DNA of 54,562 bases, the filler included, from Jimgerdemannia flammicorona (taxonomy: Eukaryota): assembly GCA_003990765.1 (NCBI GenBank). It is 3 parts of 3 records of this genome, joined end to end, with 100 filler letters (N's around TTAATTAATTAA, not from the genome) between each part and the next. Parts side by side here need not be neighbours in the genome. Positions count along the whole stretch, not along the records: positions 36,443 to 54,562 come from RBNJ01002298.1; 2 more parts are not named here. One strand, written 5' to 3'. The notes under the pieces were generated by a model. It had not been told where the DNA came from. It made no database searches and saw nothing but the letters and a program-made list of their open reading frames with translations. A program made the translations under genes and the position numbers. Shown here in pieces: positions 39,375-52,090 of this stretch (positions are counted from its first letter, which is position 1; every line of letters starts with the position of its first letter).

Positions 39375-40040
39375 TGTAAAGTATAGTTAGTAGATTTTTT
39401 AGATCAATAATAACAATATTGAATAGATCAGCAAAATCTCAAGACCAAATTTATTCAGACTCAGTTCTATATCTCAAGTCTGCAGAATTTCAAAATACTA
39501 AGAATTCCAAGGTTTGATCTTCCAGAAGGCCAGATAACAATACTTTATATATAAAATTTGGAGAAAGTAGAATGGCAATATTCTATTAAGTCTTCAGAAA
39601 AAGGGTACCAAAATCAGTTTCAAACTGTGCCATTTTTGGAGTTCTCTACTTTATCAGCTAGTATTCTGAATTCACACTGCAATTATATTATCTTAGATAC
39701 TGATATGCTGATATGGAAGAAGTTGTTCTTATCATTTAGAGGGAGATATTGAGAGATTAAGCAAGCTAGATTTTGACAGATATTTGTAAGAAGGCATTTA
39801 AAGTTTAGAAAGCTAGATTGTATGGTAAAGCTTGAGCTAGAACTAGATCTTACATATCATCTAGCTACACTTTGACCTATGCTGGAGGAATACATTGCTA
39901 TATTATATCTCTTAATAATTTTAAACTAAAAATTAGATAAGATAAATAGGAGGAATATGAAATAGCTATTATAAAGATGGCTTCACTTCTTTTCAATACT
40001 TCTTACTGGATGTGATAACAAATTCCCCCACTTCACCCAA
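39375..40040 (-). mobile_element. Probable 3' LTR (39375-40020) with polypurine tract
   Basis: Minus strand reads GGGTGAAGTGGGGGAAT(T), then TGTTATCAC... through ...TTTACA. Internal TATATAAAG and AATAAA are present. Confidence 0.5.
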
Positions 40041-40884
40041 TTTTTGACCAGTTCAATGCTCTCTATTGTTTATCTTCTAAGAAAATTTCAGGGAGTATCC
40101 CAATATTCTCAGCACTCTCAGCATTCTTGGAATCCCTAGTATCCTTAGCATTCTTGGTATCTCCAGCAACTCTGATATTCCTGGTATCCTCAGTATCTCT
40201 GATATCTCTGGCATTCCTAACTTTGGTATTCTCAGTATCTTTGATATCTCTGACTTTATTAGCTTTGAAATTATCTAGAATAGATAGAGATCAGATGAAT
40301 CTGGATCAATTTAGAATACATTTTAGACTTGGAGGATTTCAGTTTGAGCAAAATATAGTAAAAGTCAGTAACATATTTTTTGACTGATATGCAAGCTCTC
40401 CTACTTACACTGATTAAGACATGATATCTGTTTTACTCTACATTGTCAAATATAAAGAACAGTATATGGGGCTTGTTCTACAATTTGGCTTATAGTATTG
40501 GAGTTCCACTAGAGTCTAATATAATGATAATGTTTCACTCAAATCAACCACATAGTTCAACAGTTATTAGAGATGAGGAAGTTTTAAATAGTTTATCTCT
40601 AAGTATTTGTTACAGAACCTTGGAAGCTATGTACTGCTATAACAAATTTTTTGAAAACTTAGGAGAGCAAAAAAATCAGTAGATATTTTGTATATTTGGT
40701 AATTGATTTTTATATTATATCTTAGTTTTCAAAAGTTTAGCAAATATAGTGTCCTTTTTTTAGGTTTTTTTTCCACTAAAGAATTGCTCTTTTTGGTGAG
40801 CTTGTTAATTTGTACTAGCTGACTTCTAATTTAGTTTAGTTTGTCATCTAAAGAATTTGCTGGAATTCTAGCTCCTGAGGTAAA

Positions 40885-41085
40885 TTTGAGCTGGTTTGAT
40901 TAGGTTCAATCTGATCTGAACTTGTCATAAACTGAATTCAAATTTGAATTGATCTGAATTCATCATGTGATAAATTTGAACTGATTTAAATTCATCATAT
41001 AATGAATTTAAACTGACTTGAATCAGACACATAGTTGGTAAATTCGAATCAGATTCAAATTTCTCTAACTTGATTGGAATACTAA
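40885..41085. mobile_element. hAT-type terminus that truncates the gypsy RT
   Basis: GAATTCAAATTTGAA-type repeats ending TTGGAATACTA, the same end as the 17108-17239 MITE; gypsy RT sequence resumes directly beyond it. Confidence 0.6.
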
Positions 41086-44000
41086 TCCTAGATAAGATAT
41101 ACTAGTTCTTGATAGTGATCTTGTTAAGAGCTTTGTAGTCAATATATATTTACAAAGAGCCATCCTTCTTCTTGACAAACAAAATGGGGGCTCCAAATAG
41201 AGAATGGCTGAGTTCAATATATTCTTGAGCCAATAGTTTGGTCAACTTATCTTTGAGGGTCTTGAGTTCAGATTGGATCAGCTGGTAGATACTCTTATAT
41301 AGAGGTTCAAAATCTGGAATGAGATCAATTCCATATTGAATTTGGTGCTTAGATGGAAGTCCTTTGGATTTCTAAAATACATCTAAACAGTTCTTAGACT
41401 TCTGGTGAAATTGAACTACTTGGAACTTTAGTGACATCTTGTACAGTACAGATGAAGTAGGTATTTTCTTTTTTATAAGAGAGTCTCTTCATTTAAATGG
41501 CAGAGATGATTTTAATTTCTTGATAACCAGTATCTTCTTGAGGTATCAGGATGATCTTTCTATCTTTATAGATCAGGTTAACCTCATTGATCCTTCAGTT
41601 GATACATATCTGGGTTATACTGGGTCAATCAGGTCTTTCTTAGGATAATATTTTATCCTAGAAGATCTATGATACTAAAGTCTAATTTCCCTTGATATTT
41701 GCCAATCCTGAGCAATAGATCTTTATAGATCTTGGTCAAAGGTGCAGTCTTATCATCACTAAAGATAACACTCCTTTTCTCAGTAGCTGGTCTGCTTTGG
41801 ACTCTAATTCTCTTGGCAGTCTTAGTATTAATATAGTTTTTAGTAGTACTACTGTCTAGTAGGACATTGAAATCTTATCTGTGAACTTGATCTTTGAACT
41901 TAATGTATCCTCCTTCTTGATGATGTTAAGCTCTTCATTCTCATTGTTCCAGTTGCTGTCAGTCTTCTTGAAGTCAATCTCTCTCCATCCTTTATAAGGA
42001 GAGTGGTCTTGTTTGGATTCCTCAGTCTATTGGACTTGATGTCTTTCAGAATTGATTTTGAAAACCTTAGAGAGGTATATATGGTATTCATTAATATATT
42101 CTATGTATTATATTTAGATATAATGAGAGTATTGTCCATATAGTATATAATTATCTGCAATTCTCTTATATTAGTTTTTATCATCTTCCTTCATAGTAGT
42201 AACCTTTTGACTGGGGTGGTTTATTGGTTAATCTAAACTCTTTCTTATTATGGTCTATCTGGGAGAGCTCAGGGACTTCTTCAATAGTAAGATCTTGATA
42301 TATTTCTTTGATAATTGCTTGGACAATTCTTTGGCCTGCTTTGACTTCAAATGAGATATCTTCAAAATTTTGCAAAATGATCTAGATTTTACCAGTAAAT
42401 CCTTAGTCAACTACTTCTTCTCTTAGCTCAATATTGAATTCTTTAGCCAGGCTATTTCACTTAGTAAGATGGATATATGTTTCTTTGGTAGCTTGTATTG
42501 CAATTCTAGTATGTACTGTAGTATTAGTACTTGGTGGAATAGTAAGGTCTTGGCTACTGTAGAGGTTATATCCTATATCAGTAGGATGGGCCTTAGTGGG
42601 GATGGTAGCCTTATACCATATCTTCTACACTTTGATGACATTCTCAGAGTTCTTCTTTTCTGAGCCTTCTCCAATAACAATAATATTCTGGTTACTAGAT
42701 TTACCTGATCTATTTCTCTTCTCAAGATATCTGACTGAGATGTGTCCTAACTTTCTACAAATGAAGCATAATCCTTTTTCACAAAGCTACTTCCTTTCAT
42801 CCTTGTTGGGAGATCTGGGTCCTCTGGGGTTTCACTAGTTCTTTTGGTTATTTCTTTGATTATTTTTTAATCATTCCTTCTGGTGAGATTCCTCCTATCT
42901 TGGTTATCCTTCTTGTATTCTAGATTTCATAGGCTCTTCTTTATACTTAGGCAAAGTACCATGAGTAGTAGAGACATCCTTAGAGAAGGCCTTGTTCTTT
43001 TATCTTCTGGGTGAGCCGGTCTGATAGGACTACAAAGAGATGGTTGACTCTGATACTATTGATGGTTAAATTGTTATCCTGATAGATAAGTTTTATGGTT
43101 TTGAGGTAGACATCTATCCTGATGGTAAAGGTTTCTAGGTCCTCCTTATCATTCTTGTGAAACTTCATCTGAGTTAGTTTGTTCCAAGTTTCTTATATGT
43201 ATATAGGCTGTATTTCAGAATTTAGTCAGTAATAGGGCCTTGAGTTCTGAGCCTGCTATATAGTCATCCCAACTTGGTCTATTATGGGCAAGTATCTGTC
43301 TATTAACTTTAAAGTGATCTTCTCAGATTACTGAGTATTCTTCTAGGGTGCACTAGAACTTAGCTGCTATTCTAGTAAAGAATATTGCTACTATTTCCAC
43401 TTGTGCTGCTGATGTAGCAAACAACTGATAGAGGGTGTTGTCTTGGTTATTAGTGAGCATTCCTGTAGATACTTAGTTATCATTTCATTGGTTTGTTCAG
43501 TATTCTGTATCAGCTATATTGATGAAGGTTTCAATTTTACTGTTTTTTCTACTGAAAGTGAGGATTCTCAAGGTTTTGGTTAGTTTATTCTGTTCAGTAA
43601 TTCATCCTACTATCTCTACTAGTATGGCTAGCTGGGTAGTCAGTACTGTAATATTAGTATCTACTATTATATTGACTATTGGTAGTGGGCCTATAGGGAT
43701 AGATTCTCTTGAAGATTATTCTACTTAGTGAGGTTATAGTGCTATATAACTTAGAGTTGCTTGATTCCTAGATATCAGATCAAAAAGTCCTATAAGAGAT
43801 AGTAAACCAAACCTCTGTATAGATGGCTGAATTGGTTCTGGAGTCTGGTCTTCTTGACCTATGGATCCTTGGTAAATTCTTAGACCTGCTATTCCTTATT
43901 GGCTATCATCAGACTGGTATTCTGTAGAGTCTTTGTCTGACTCCCTTTTCAGATGAGATAGTGCATCCTCATACTAACTAGGTTCTTCAAAGAAGATATT

Positions 44001-45337
44001 AGGTTCTGGCTAAGTAGATGGGCCTACTTCTTGATCAGCAGTAGGAGATATATATAGGTGACCTACTTACTTATTCTCATATCTTGTAATAGCAGAAGTA
44101 TAGTATACAACTAGCCTATAGTAGAGAGAGGTCCTGTTAGAAGGATGATGGTATCTGTCAGATATAATCTACTCAGTAGTTACTTCTCTTACTACAGGGA
44201 GTGAGATATAATCTAAAAATTCCTGAGTAGCTGTAAAGTAGATTCTTAAGTTCTAGTGGTTATAAGATAGCTATGGAGAAGTTTGTAGAATCTACAACAG
44301 CTAACTATATTTCTAAGATCTGGGTGGAAAGTTCTAAAAACCTGGTATAGATTCTTATATGCTTAGTCAATTATAAGCTAATGAGTCCTTGGGTCTGTGT
44401 TTCCTGATACTATCTGATCCTAATGACAAGAGCTTGTCTGACTCTGGTTTGGAGGTTTGTTTTTAGGAAATCTATAGTTAGTTCTGAGAGATTACTCCTA
44501 TCTAAGATTAGTCTTATTCTAACTTCTTAGAAGTATATTCTTAATATCTTCTTGGCTTGGTAATTCTACTGCTACCAAGTTATAATAACTCTTATTGCTA
44601 TCCCTCTCTTATTATTTGGATAATTAGAGAAACAAGATATTACTTAGAGACTTAGTATATAATGTATACTAAGAAACCTTTAGTATGAGAAAGCAGTCAC
44701 TTAAAAGTAGTTGTAGCAGTAGTATCCTTATTAACTATAGTTATAAGGAACTTGTTCTTTGCTGTATATAGACTGAATTTACTTAAGTTTTTGGAATTTA
44801 TATACTAGTTTCAGTTCTGATAGAAGTTAGCTAGACTTTTGGAGTTTAGTCAGAAACATTAGAGTTACTTAGATGTTATTAGTAAGACTCAAGAGAATAT
44901 GTATATGAAGAGGAGAACTTGATTCTTGTATTAAGAACTGAACTAAAACAGCTTTATTTTAGATAGAAACTGGGAGGTATTTATATAAGTTGATTTGCAA
45001 TTTCTGACTAAATATAAGTGACTAATTTGGTAACTATAGTGAGATTTGTGATTGTGATCTTTGTTAGGTAGTTTGTAATCAGGAACACTTTATGATCAGG
45101 ACCTCTATTATTAAGTAATAATTAGCTACTGCAGTGCTGATTGCTGTAGTACTGATTATTGGGAGTAAGCTGGATATTATTTTATTTACATCATTTGTTT
45201 ATTATATTTGTCATTTATATATTATATATTATACTCAATTGATGGTAACATCATCACTAGATCACATGATTGCTCATTGTATATTACATCTCATCTGTTT
45301 ATTTATTCATTCATTATGTCTCATTCATTCTATTACA
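41086..45337 (-). mobile_element. Decayed Ty3/gypsy retrotransposon: 5' LTR (44581-45337), PBS, gag with CCHC, dUTPase, protease, RT N-terminus
   Basis: PBS TGGTAGCAG; knuckle GLCFICRKLGHISVRY at ~42725-42775; dUTPase at 42220-42600; protease FNVLLDSSTTKNYI at ~41830-41875; RT [34 protein letters not shown] at 41105-41215. Confidence 0.9.
42220..42630 (-). pseudogene. dut: Trimeric dUTPase domain within the gypsy element
   Basis: One frame reads PTKAHPTDIGYNLYS...VHTRIAI...K*NSLAK...EEVVD*GFTGKI*IILQN...EVKAGQRIVQAII...ELSQIDHNKKEFRLT, matching motifs 1-5 after reverting transitions. Confidence 0.85.
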
Positions 45338-45389
45338 GAAGTCAGAAATTAATTAAATTCTAAGAAGTAAGAATTACTCTTAGTTCTTA

Positions 45390-47205
45390 AAAAAAAATGA
45401 AAAATATTAGAAGAGTAAAAGATATATAGAGTATTCTTTTATATTTTGAATATACTATATAGAAGAAATTTTACAAAACTAGACAAACTGAATATAAGAA
45501 AGCACTCTAATTTTTAAAAGTTGGATATAGTTGTAGTTGCTCTTCTAAAGTTTCTAAGAAAGTATTTGCTGAGATATGCAAGACTTTTCAAGTTCTTTCC
45601 AAAGCAGAATAAGATATCTTTTTAATAGTCCAACTCAAGATAATGAATGGTAGATCTATAAATACTAGTTGCTATCTTAAGAAGAAAGCTTACATTAATA
45701 AAAGAACTTTATACTGCTAAGGCTGTAATATATCTCTTTACCAGAAACTCTATTTAAATATATTGAGAATTGATCATACTCATTTTGAAAATATATGAGA
45801 TCATCTATTGAAAATAGCCTTTTATTATAGCTCTATAGTAATATCAAAAGAATATCTTAGTAAAAAACTAAAATAGTGATCAACCATAATATTGCTACTA
45901 CTGTTAAGAATTTTCTTTTGAATTATACTGAAGTTTAAGAACTGCCTAGTCCAGTGAGAAATTTTAATCATATGACTCAATCATTAATATTTTTACTAGC
46001 AGAAATAAGCTTTAAATTTATTCACTATAACTTTTTAACTGGCCTGGAAGATAGTACTCTGCACACTTTAAAATATGATACCTTTTGTAAATTATAGCAT
46101 CAACTAACTCTGCATATCTAAATCATGAGTCCTCAAACTGACTTATGTAATACCTGTTAATATTTGCAGAATGATTTATAATTTAAAGTTCATAAAAAAG
46201 AAGAGACTTAAGACTTATTAAAGAGGTATAAAGAGCATCTTGCCAAAGTCAAGCTAGAATAAAATTATTATAACAGAAATATCAAATTAATAGAAGAATA
46301 AAAAAAACTCATTGATCAGAATTATTCTATACTGAAAGACAAGATATCATTCTACTGTATTAATACAGTTGTCTATTATAGTTATAACTAAGCCCAAAAT
46401 ATTTATATACCTTATTCTAATCAACAGATTGACAAAGTATATTATCTTAGTACTTATAAAATATATTTATTTAAAATCTAAGATGAAGCAGTTTGTAAGT
46501 AAATTAATTATATTCTTAATAAGAATGAACTACTTGAAAAGGGTTCAAATAGTATACTTAATCTAGTCTTTGATGGAATTAAGCAATTGAACTAAGGTGA
46601 AAGGCACTTAAAAATCACTTATAATAATATAAGCAGATAAAACAAAAATAATATCACTTTTTGGTTTTATTTGTATTTAGTAATTTACAAGTATTATGAA
46701 AGTATTGAATTAAACTTCATGGTTCCAGACCATACTAAATTTAAATATAATAGTAGTTTTGATCTGATTAAAAGACTTTATTGCAAAACCATAGCAGACT
46801 ATATAGATTATATCATCAATATAGTAAAAAGATCTAGTATTGCTAGATTAAATAAAACATGATATTATAACAATAGTGAAAGTTTTCAATACTTTGACAT
46901 TTTGAGTAGTTTGGAAATATACTTCAAGAAGCTATCTGGTATGCAAAAGTTTCAATATTTTTTTTTACCAGAGTAAATCCAGATATTGTCAAAGTCCAAA
47001 AATTGCCAATAATCTATTTTAAGAATTAAAACTATTAAAAAGTAATAAATTTAAGACTTCAAAAGTTATAGAAATAATTAAGACCTTGTTATTTCTAATA
47101 CTAGTACCTTTTCTTATAGAATTGAAATATCAGAAATATCTTTATCATAATATTTGCCTCTTTATCCAAGATGAATTTAAAGATATTACTTATCTAAAGC
47201 TAATT
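45390..47205 (+). pseudogene. Decayed DNA transposase (Sola-like DDD family)
   Basis: Relics ELPSPVR, IMSPQTDLCNTC, ITYNNISR*NKNN (from ITCDNAGGQNKNN) and FMVPDHTKFKYNSSFDLIKRLY (from PGHTKF.CD..FGLIK). Superfamily assignment is by motif recall only. Confidence 0.6.
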
Positions 47206-47239
47206 TATACTATCAATGAATAAAAATATTTACTTCTTT

Positions 47240-47821
47240 ACTTTCAATTAAGATTATTTTTTAATCTTGATTTGAGTTATGAATTAGCTATTTTGTTTTT
47301 CTAATTGGACTTTTAATTTGTTTAATTTTTTTAACCTTTCTACTTCTGCCTCTAATTTTTTTAATCTTATCTAATAATTCTTGCTTCTGTCTTTTACTTC
47401 ACTCTCTGGATTTTTCTATAAAATTCTTATGGGCTTCTCTTTTTTTAGCTATTATTCATTTAGTATTATTTAATTATTCTTATAAGATATTTATTTGCTA
47501 TTCATATCTAGTGGATACTCTTTCTTTATAAGATAAGACTAGAAGTTCTTTTTTATTACTATTAGAACAATTGTAATAAAAACTCATTCTAGTCTTTAAT
47601 TGTCAATATTTCTCATATTTAGATAGTTCATTATTCTCAAATTTTTCCTTATACTCTTTATAAGCACAAATATTACTAACTATTTATATATGACTTACTT
47701 TACTCTGAGTTCTAATTTGACAAATCACTTTATTTCTCTTATTAAAATTAGGGCAAACATCACAAGTTATATCTTTACCTCATTTCTCTAATTCTAAAAT
47801 AGTATAAAGTAGTTCTTTCAT
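47240..47821 (-). pseudogene. Decayed bacterial-style gene 2 (Mollicutes endosymbiont-like; TGA read as Trp)
   Basis: MKELLYTILELEK(TGA)GKDITCDVCPNF...EKY(TGA)QLK...SRE(TGA)SKRQKQELLDKIKK/LEAEVERLKK...FITQIKIKK; starts 1 nt after the stop of gene 1; no introns. Confidence 0.55.
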
Positions 47822-47822
47822 A

Positions 47823-48940
47823 CTACTTAATCTTAACTTCTATCTGAACAATTATTTCTTGAGTTTGAGACTTAATTTTTTCTATCAATTTCTGAGTCTT
47901 AACTTTTATTTCTATTCCTAAATATTGAAATCTGTTTTGCTTTTTAAGTAAAAGAGGTAAGGGCTTATTGGCTAAATTAAGTAGTATTTCCTATATTTGA
48001 ATTATTTCTCTTACTTTTCTCAATAATTCTATATTATTTCTCACTTCCTCTCACAATTTTTGAATTTCTCTTTCTTGATTTTCAATTATAATATAATTTT
48101 ACTGAATGATTTCTAAATTATTTTCAATTTTCTCTTTTAAAGATATTTCCTTTTTATTATTCTATTTCTTACTAATTTTAGTAAAAAATATAAAGTGAGT
48201 TTTGGTATCTACTTCCTAATAATTCTCACAACAACCTTATTGAGTTTATCTAATTTACTATTTTTGATTTTCTCTAATAATTCTTATAGTTCTCCTTCCA
48301 ACTAATAAACTCTTTCATTTTCTATATCCTCTTCTGTTAATTCAGAATAATCTAATAAAATTTCCTTGATAGTTTTCTTAAACTTTTATGTTCAATTTTA
48401 ACTTTTGTAGTTTATTCAGTAATATCTTTATTATATCTTTAAGAGAAATACTATGAAGATCATAACAATTTCTAAACTCTTCTCTTTAGTCTTCTTCAAA
48501 TGGTTTCTTTTTTATCTTATCCTCTTCTAATTATTTTTCAATAATTTTCTTACTTTTCTCTGAATTTAAACCTTGTAGAGTAGAGAAAATATCTTTTTTA
48601 GCATCATTTATTTCATTATAGTATTTAAATCAATTATTATGATATTGAATATATTAATAAAGTAAGTAAATATATATATTCTTGCTGAGAACTTTCAGCA
48701 GAATAATTCTTGCAAAGTCTTGGTTAGTATTTTTCATTATTAATTTGAGTAATTTTATCAACTACTGCTAGATTAAAATTATGAGTAATGTATCTATTTC
48801 TTAAATATTTGATTATCTCTTATTCAATTTTTTCATTATTCAACTACTTAACTTATAATAGTATTTTTAATTGTTTAATTTGGTTTAATAATTCTTTGTT
48901 TCTCTCTTAGAGTTTATTGATTATATTTTTTGTTATAAAT
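47823..48940 (-). pseudogene. Decayed bacterial-style gene 1 (Mollicutes endosymbiont-like coiled-coil protein)
   Basis: (M)TKNIINKL*ERNKELLNQIKQLK... ending PISPLPLLLKKQNRFQYLGIEIKVKTQKLIEKIKSQTQEIIVQIEVKIK*; K/E/I/N-rich with TTA/GAA/AAA codons; a few frameshifts. Confidence 0.55.
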
Positions 48941-49659
48941 TTATATATATTTTTTCTTTTATATACTTATATATATATATTTTATAAGATTATATTAAGT
49001 ATATAAATTATTTTAGTTAAAACAAAAAATAATAGTTATTTTTCTTTAATGTAGTTCTGTTAGAATGAAAGAAATATACCAGATTTTGGTATTTTATTAA
49101 TAATAATCCAGTTATAGAGGAATTTATAGTATGAAAATAAAGAAATATTTCTTGAAAGAATTTATATTCTGCTCCCAGAAGAGCATTAGGCTATAGTTCT
49201 ATTGCTTACTATAATTATTCTAGTTATTGAATTATTAAAAAGTATAAGCAAAGTGACAATAAAAATAAAATCTTCAAGTCTGATAAACAAGTGATATCAA
49301 ATGTTCACTTTGTCTGATTTTGTTATAGCATGCTCTATATAATACTTATCAGTAGCTACAGAAAGTCATCTGATCAGGTTTGAACCCCCAGTCTGTAGCC
49401 TAGAGGATAATATCTTAATAGGATAACTAACTATTTATCTAAAGTCAAAAGAAGAAAATTTCAAACTGATGAAATTCAGTAATTTTCATATAATTGGTAC
49501 ATACTCTACTTATAGTAACAGGTTACATATCTCTCTAGAAATGTGATCAAAATGAAGTCACACTAGATAGGTAAATAAGTATAAATACCCAGAATAGAAA
49601 TATACTATAACTCTCATTTCTCTCTCTCTTTCCTAAATAAAAAAAAATCTAAAAATACC

Positions 49660-51050
49660 TGCTACCTACTACCAAACAGCCCACTATAGCCAGACTCTTT
49701 TAAGCCAGATTGACTATCTTTTTGAACATATTCAGATTGCTATTCAAGATAGAAATCACTACTCTGAGATCCTTAACCTCATTAGTCAGAATCTAAGATA
49801 CTATGTTCTCAATTGCTATAAAGTTATAGATAGGGTCTATCTTATCACTAACTATCTTGAAATCTGGTATGAATATAAAATTAGATACCAACTTCTCCAA
49901 TAAGTATAAGACCTAACTGCTAATCAAGTTGTAGACTGGACCTACTTAGATAGGCATGAGCAAAGACTAGCTAAGAAGGTCTATCAAATTATATACCATA
50001 TATCTTTTATAATCTCCAACCTTAACTACATATAACTGAAGGATTTTCAGAATCTCTTTTTCTCTGAGATTGATATACTGGAGATCAGAATTGCCCAAGA
50101 ATTCTACTTTTGGATTACTCTTAAGTCTACTAACTGTGAACTCTACTAGAGTTCTCTTCTGAATGATAATTCAGACCAATGGTTTCAAGGTCTTTCTGAT
50201 CTCTTTAAAGAACCATCTATCTGAATAGACATCCCCAGGTATGATGAGCAAAAACTCTACTTAGATGGTCTTAACTATATTAGATAAAGAACCTCTACCT
50301 CTATTCCACTGTCTGGAATAGTTCAAGAACTATTTATAGATCTGATTGACTTCTCTATCTTTAATACTGAGCTATCAGTAACTATCCCTCTAATTACTGG
50401 TGGGAATGGCAATAACAATAAATTGAACAAAGAGAAGAATACCCCAACTCCTCTCCTAGTTTTCAATTTTTAAATCAATATAAATATTGACTTTTAAGAG
50501 AGAAAAGATGTAATAAAATAAATGAACAAGATGTGATGAATTATCATATGACTCAGTGATAATATTACAATTAAATATGATATATAACAAATATAATAAG
50601 ATATAAATAATATAAATAATACAAATAAATGATATCCAGTTTATCTCTAGCAACTAGTACTACAGCAAATACTATAGTAACTGATCATTGTCTAATAACA
50701 AAGTTTCTGATCACAAAGGTCATAATCACAAATTTTATCCATAGTTACCAAATTATCACTCATACTTAGTCAGAAATTGTGAACTAACTTATATAAATAC
50801 CCCCCAGTTTCTATTTAAAATAACTCTAAAAGCCTAGCTAACTTCTATCAGAACTGAGACTAGTATATAAATTATAAAGACTTAAGTAAATCTATTATTG
50901 AATCAGAATTCCAAGATGAATTCAGTCTATACATAGTAAAGAATAAGTCTCTTATAACTATAATTAATAAGAAGAATACTACTACTATAACTACTTTTAA
51001 GTAAGTACTTCCTTATACTAAAGACTTTTTAGTATACTTATATACTGAAG
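49660..51050 (+). mobile_element. 3' end of an LTR element: decayed unknown ORF, PPT (50496-50508) and LTR (50509-~51050) of the same family as LTR 44581-45337, in opposite orientation
   Basis: AAGAGAGAAAAGA|TGTAATA...; 50.6-51.05 kb matches the reverse complement of 44.65-45.2 kb (e.g. CTAGCTAACTTCTATCAGAACTGA). Confidence 0.75.
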
Positions 51051-51099
51051 CTTTTGCTGATAAAACTCTATTCCGGTTTTACTATTGTTTACATATATA

Positions 51100-52090
51100 A
51101 GAGAAAGTGACATCCTGCTCTCCTAAGCTACATTTCTTAGTTTATTTGAACTATTAGTATCTTGGTAATATTTGCTCTTATAAATATCATCTTCTTCTAC
51201 TTATAGCTCTGGCTGACTAGATTGTTGCTCATTATTAGTATCTGGCTTACTGTCAGAGTTGTTAATTATATTGATACCACTAGTATTGATAGTGATCTTA
51301 ATAAAGACAAAAAATAATGAAGATTCTCTTTTTCATTATTATTATTATCATATTCTATATCATAGATATTACTATTAATATTAATATTTTCAGAAATCTC
51401 TATCATCATTCTTATTCTTATTATATATCTATACTGTCTATATGCTCATTCTTCTAGTTTCTTCTAGATTCAATATTATTAAGGGGATCTTCTTCATATA
51501 TCTTATCTTCTAGATCTTCTACTTTATTCTTTATTATTCTGAGTTTCAGTACTACTATAGGTTTAATATTAGGCTTTTTACTGAATAATTCTTTTATTCA
51601 GAAAAACTGAAAGCACATTTGCTCTAGCTTATCATTAATTATCATACTCTTTACAAGCTACTTTTTACTAAGACTTATCTCTATCTTCTTCTGGCTCTTC
51701 AAAGTTTCCTTAAACTTCTTTTTATATATATCCTACTACTATATCATATTGTTAGCAGAAATTGTAAGATCGTTTGTCTTGGTATTCTTTGATAAGTATA
51801 CTACTATTAGACTGAAAACTATAATCTTTATAATTTTGGAACCACTACTAATACTCATTTTCTTGGAAATTCTATAGATAGCTTTGAAATTCTCCTTATT
51901 TTTCAGCTAGTTCATAATTATATAGTAGTTATTAAGAGACAGATAGATCTTCTTATTGGTCTTCTCTTTATTATCACTTATATTATCTGAGAGCAGTAAG
52001 GAATGATATATAAAATTATAAGACTGAAATTACAGAAAAGTAGACATTGCAGCAGATATTGTAGTAAGTAGTAGATACTTTATTTTTTGT
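51100..52090 (-). pseudogene. Decayed Myb/SANT-like ORF of probable PIF/Harbinger origin
   Basis: IIMN*LKNKENFKAIY...DIYKKKFKETLK...INDKLEQMCFQFF*IKELFSKKPNIKP resembles, from recall, the WL....NF...LE.MCP.F.RM..LFG.KPN pattern of fungal Harbinger ORF2-type proteins. Confidence 0.5.

Noticed and set aside
49350..49405. GCTACAGA...TCTGTAGC hairpin with a B-box-like GGTTTGAACCC (tRNA/SINE relic)
   Set aside because: No cloverleaf or A-box can be built; too weak without a covariance-model search
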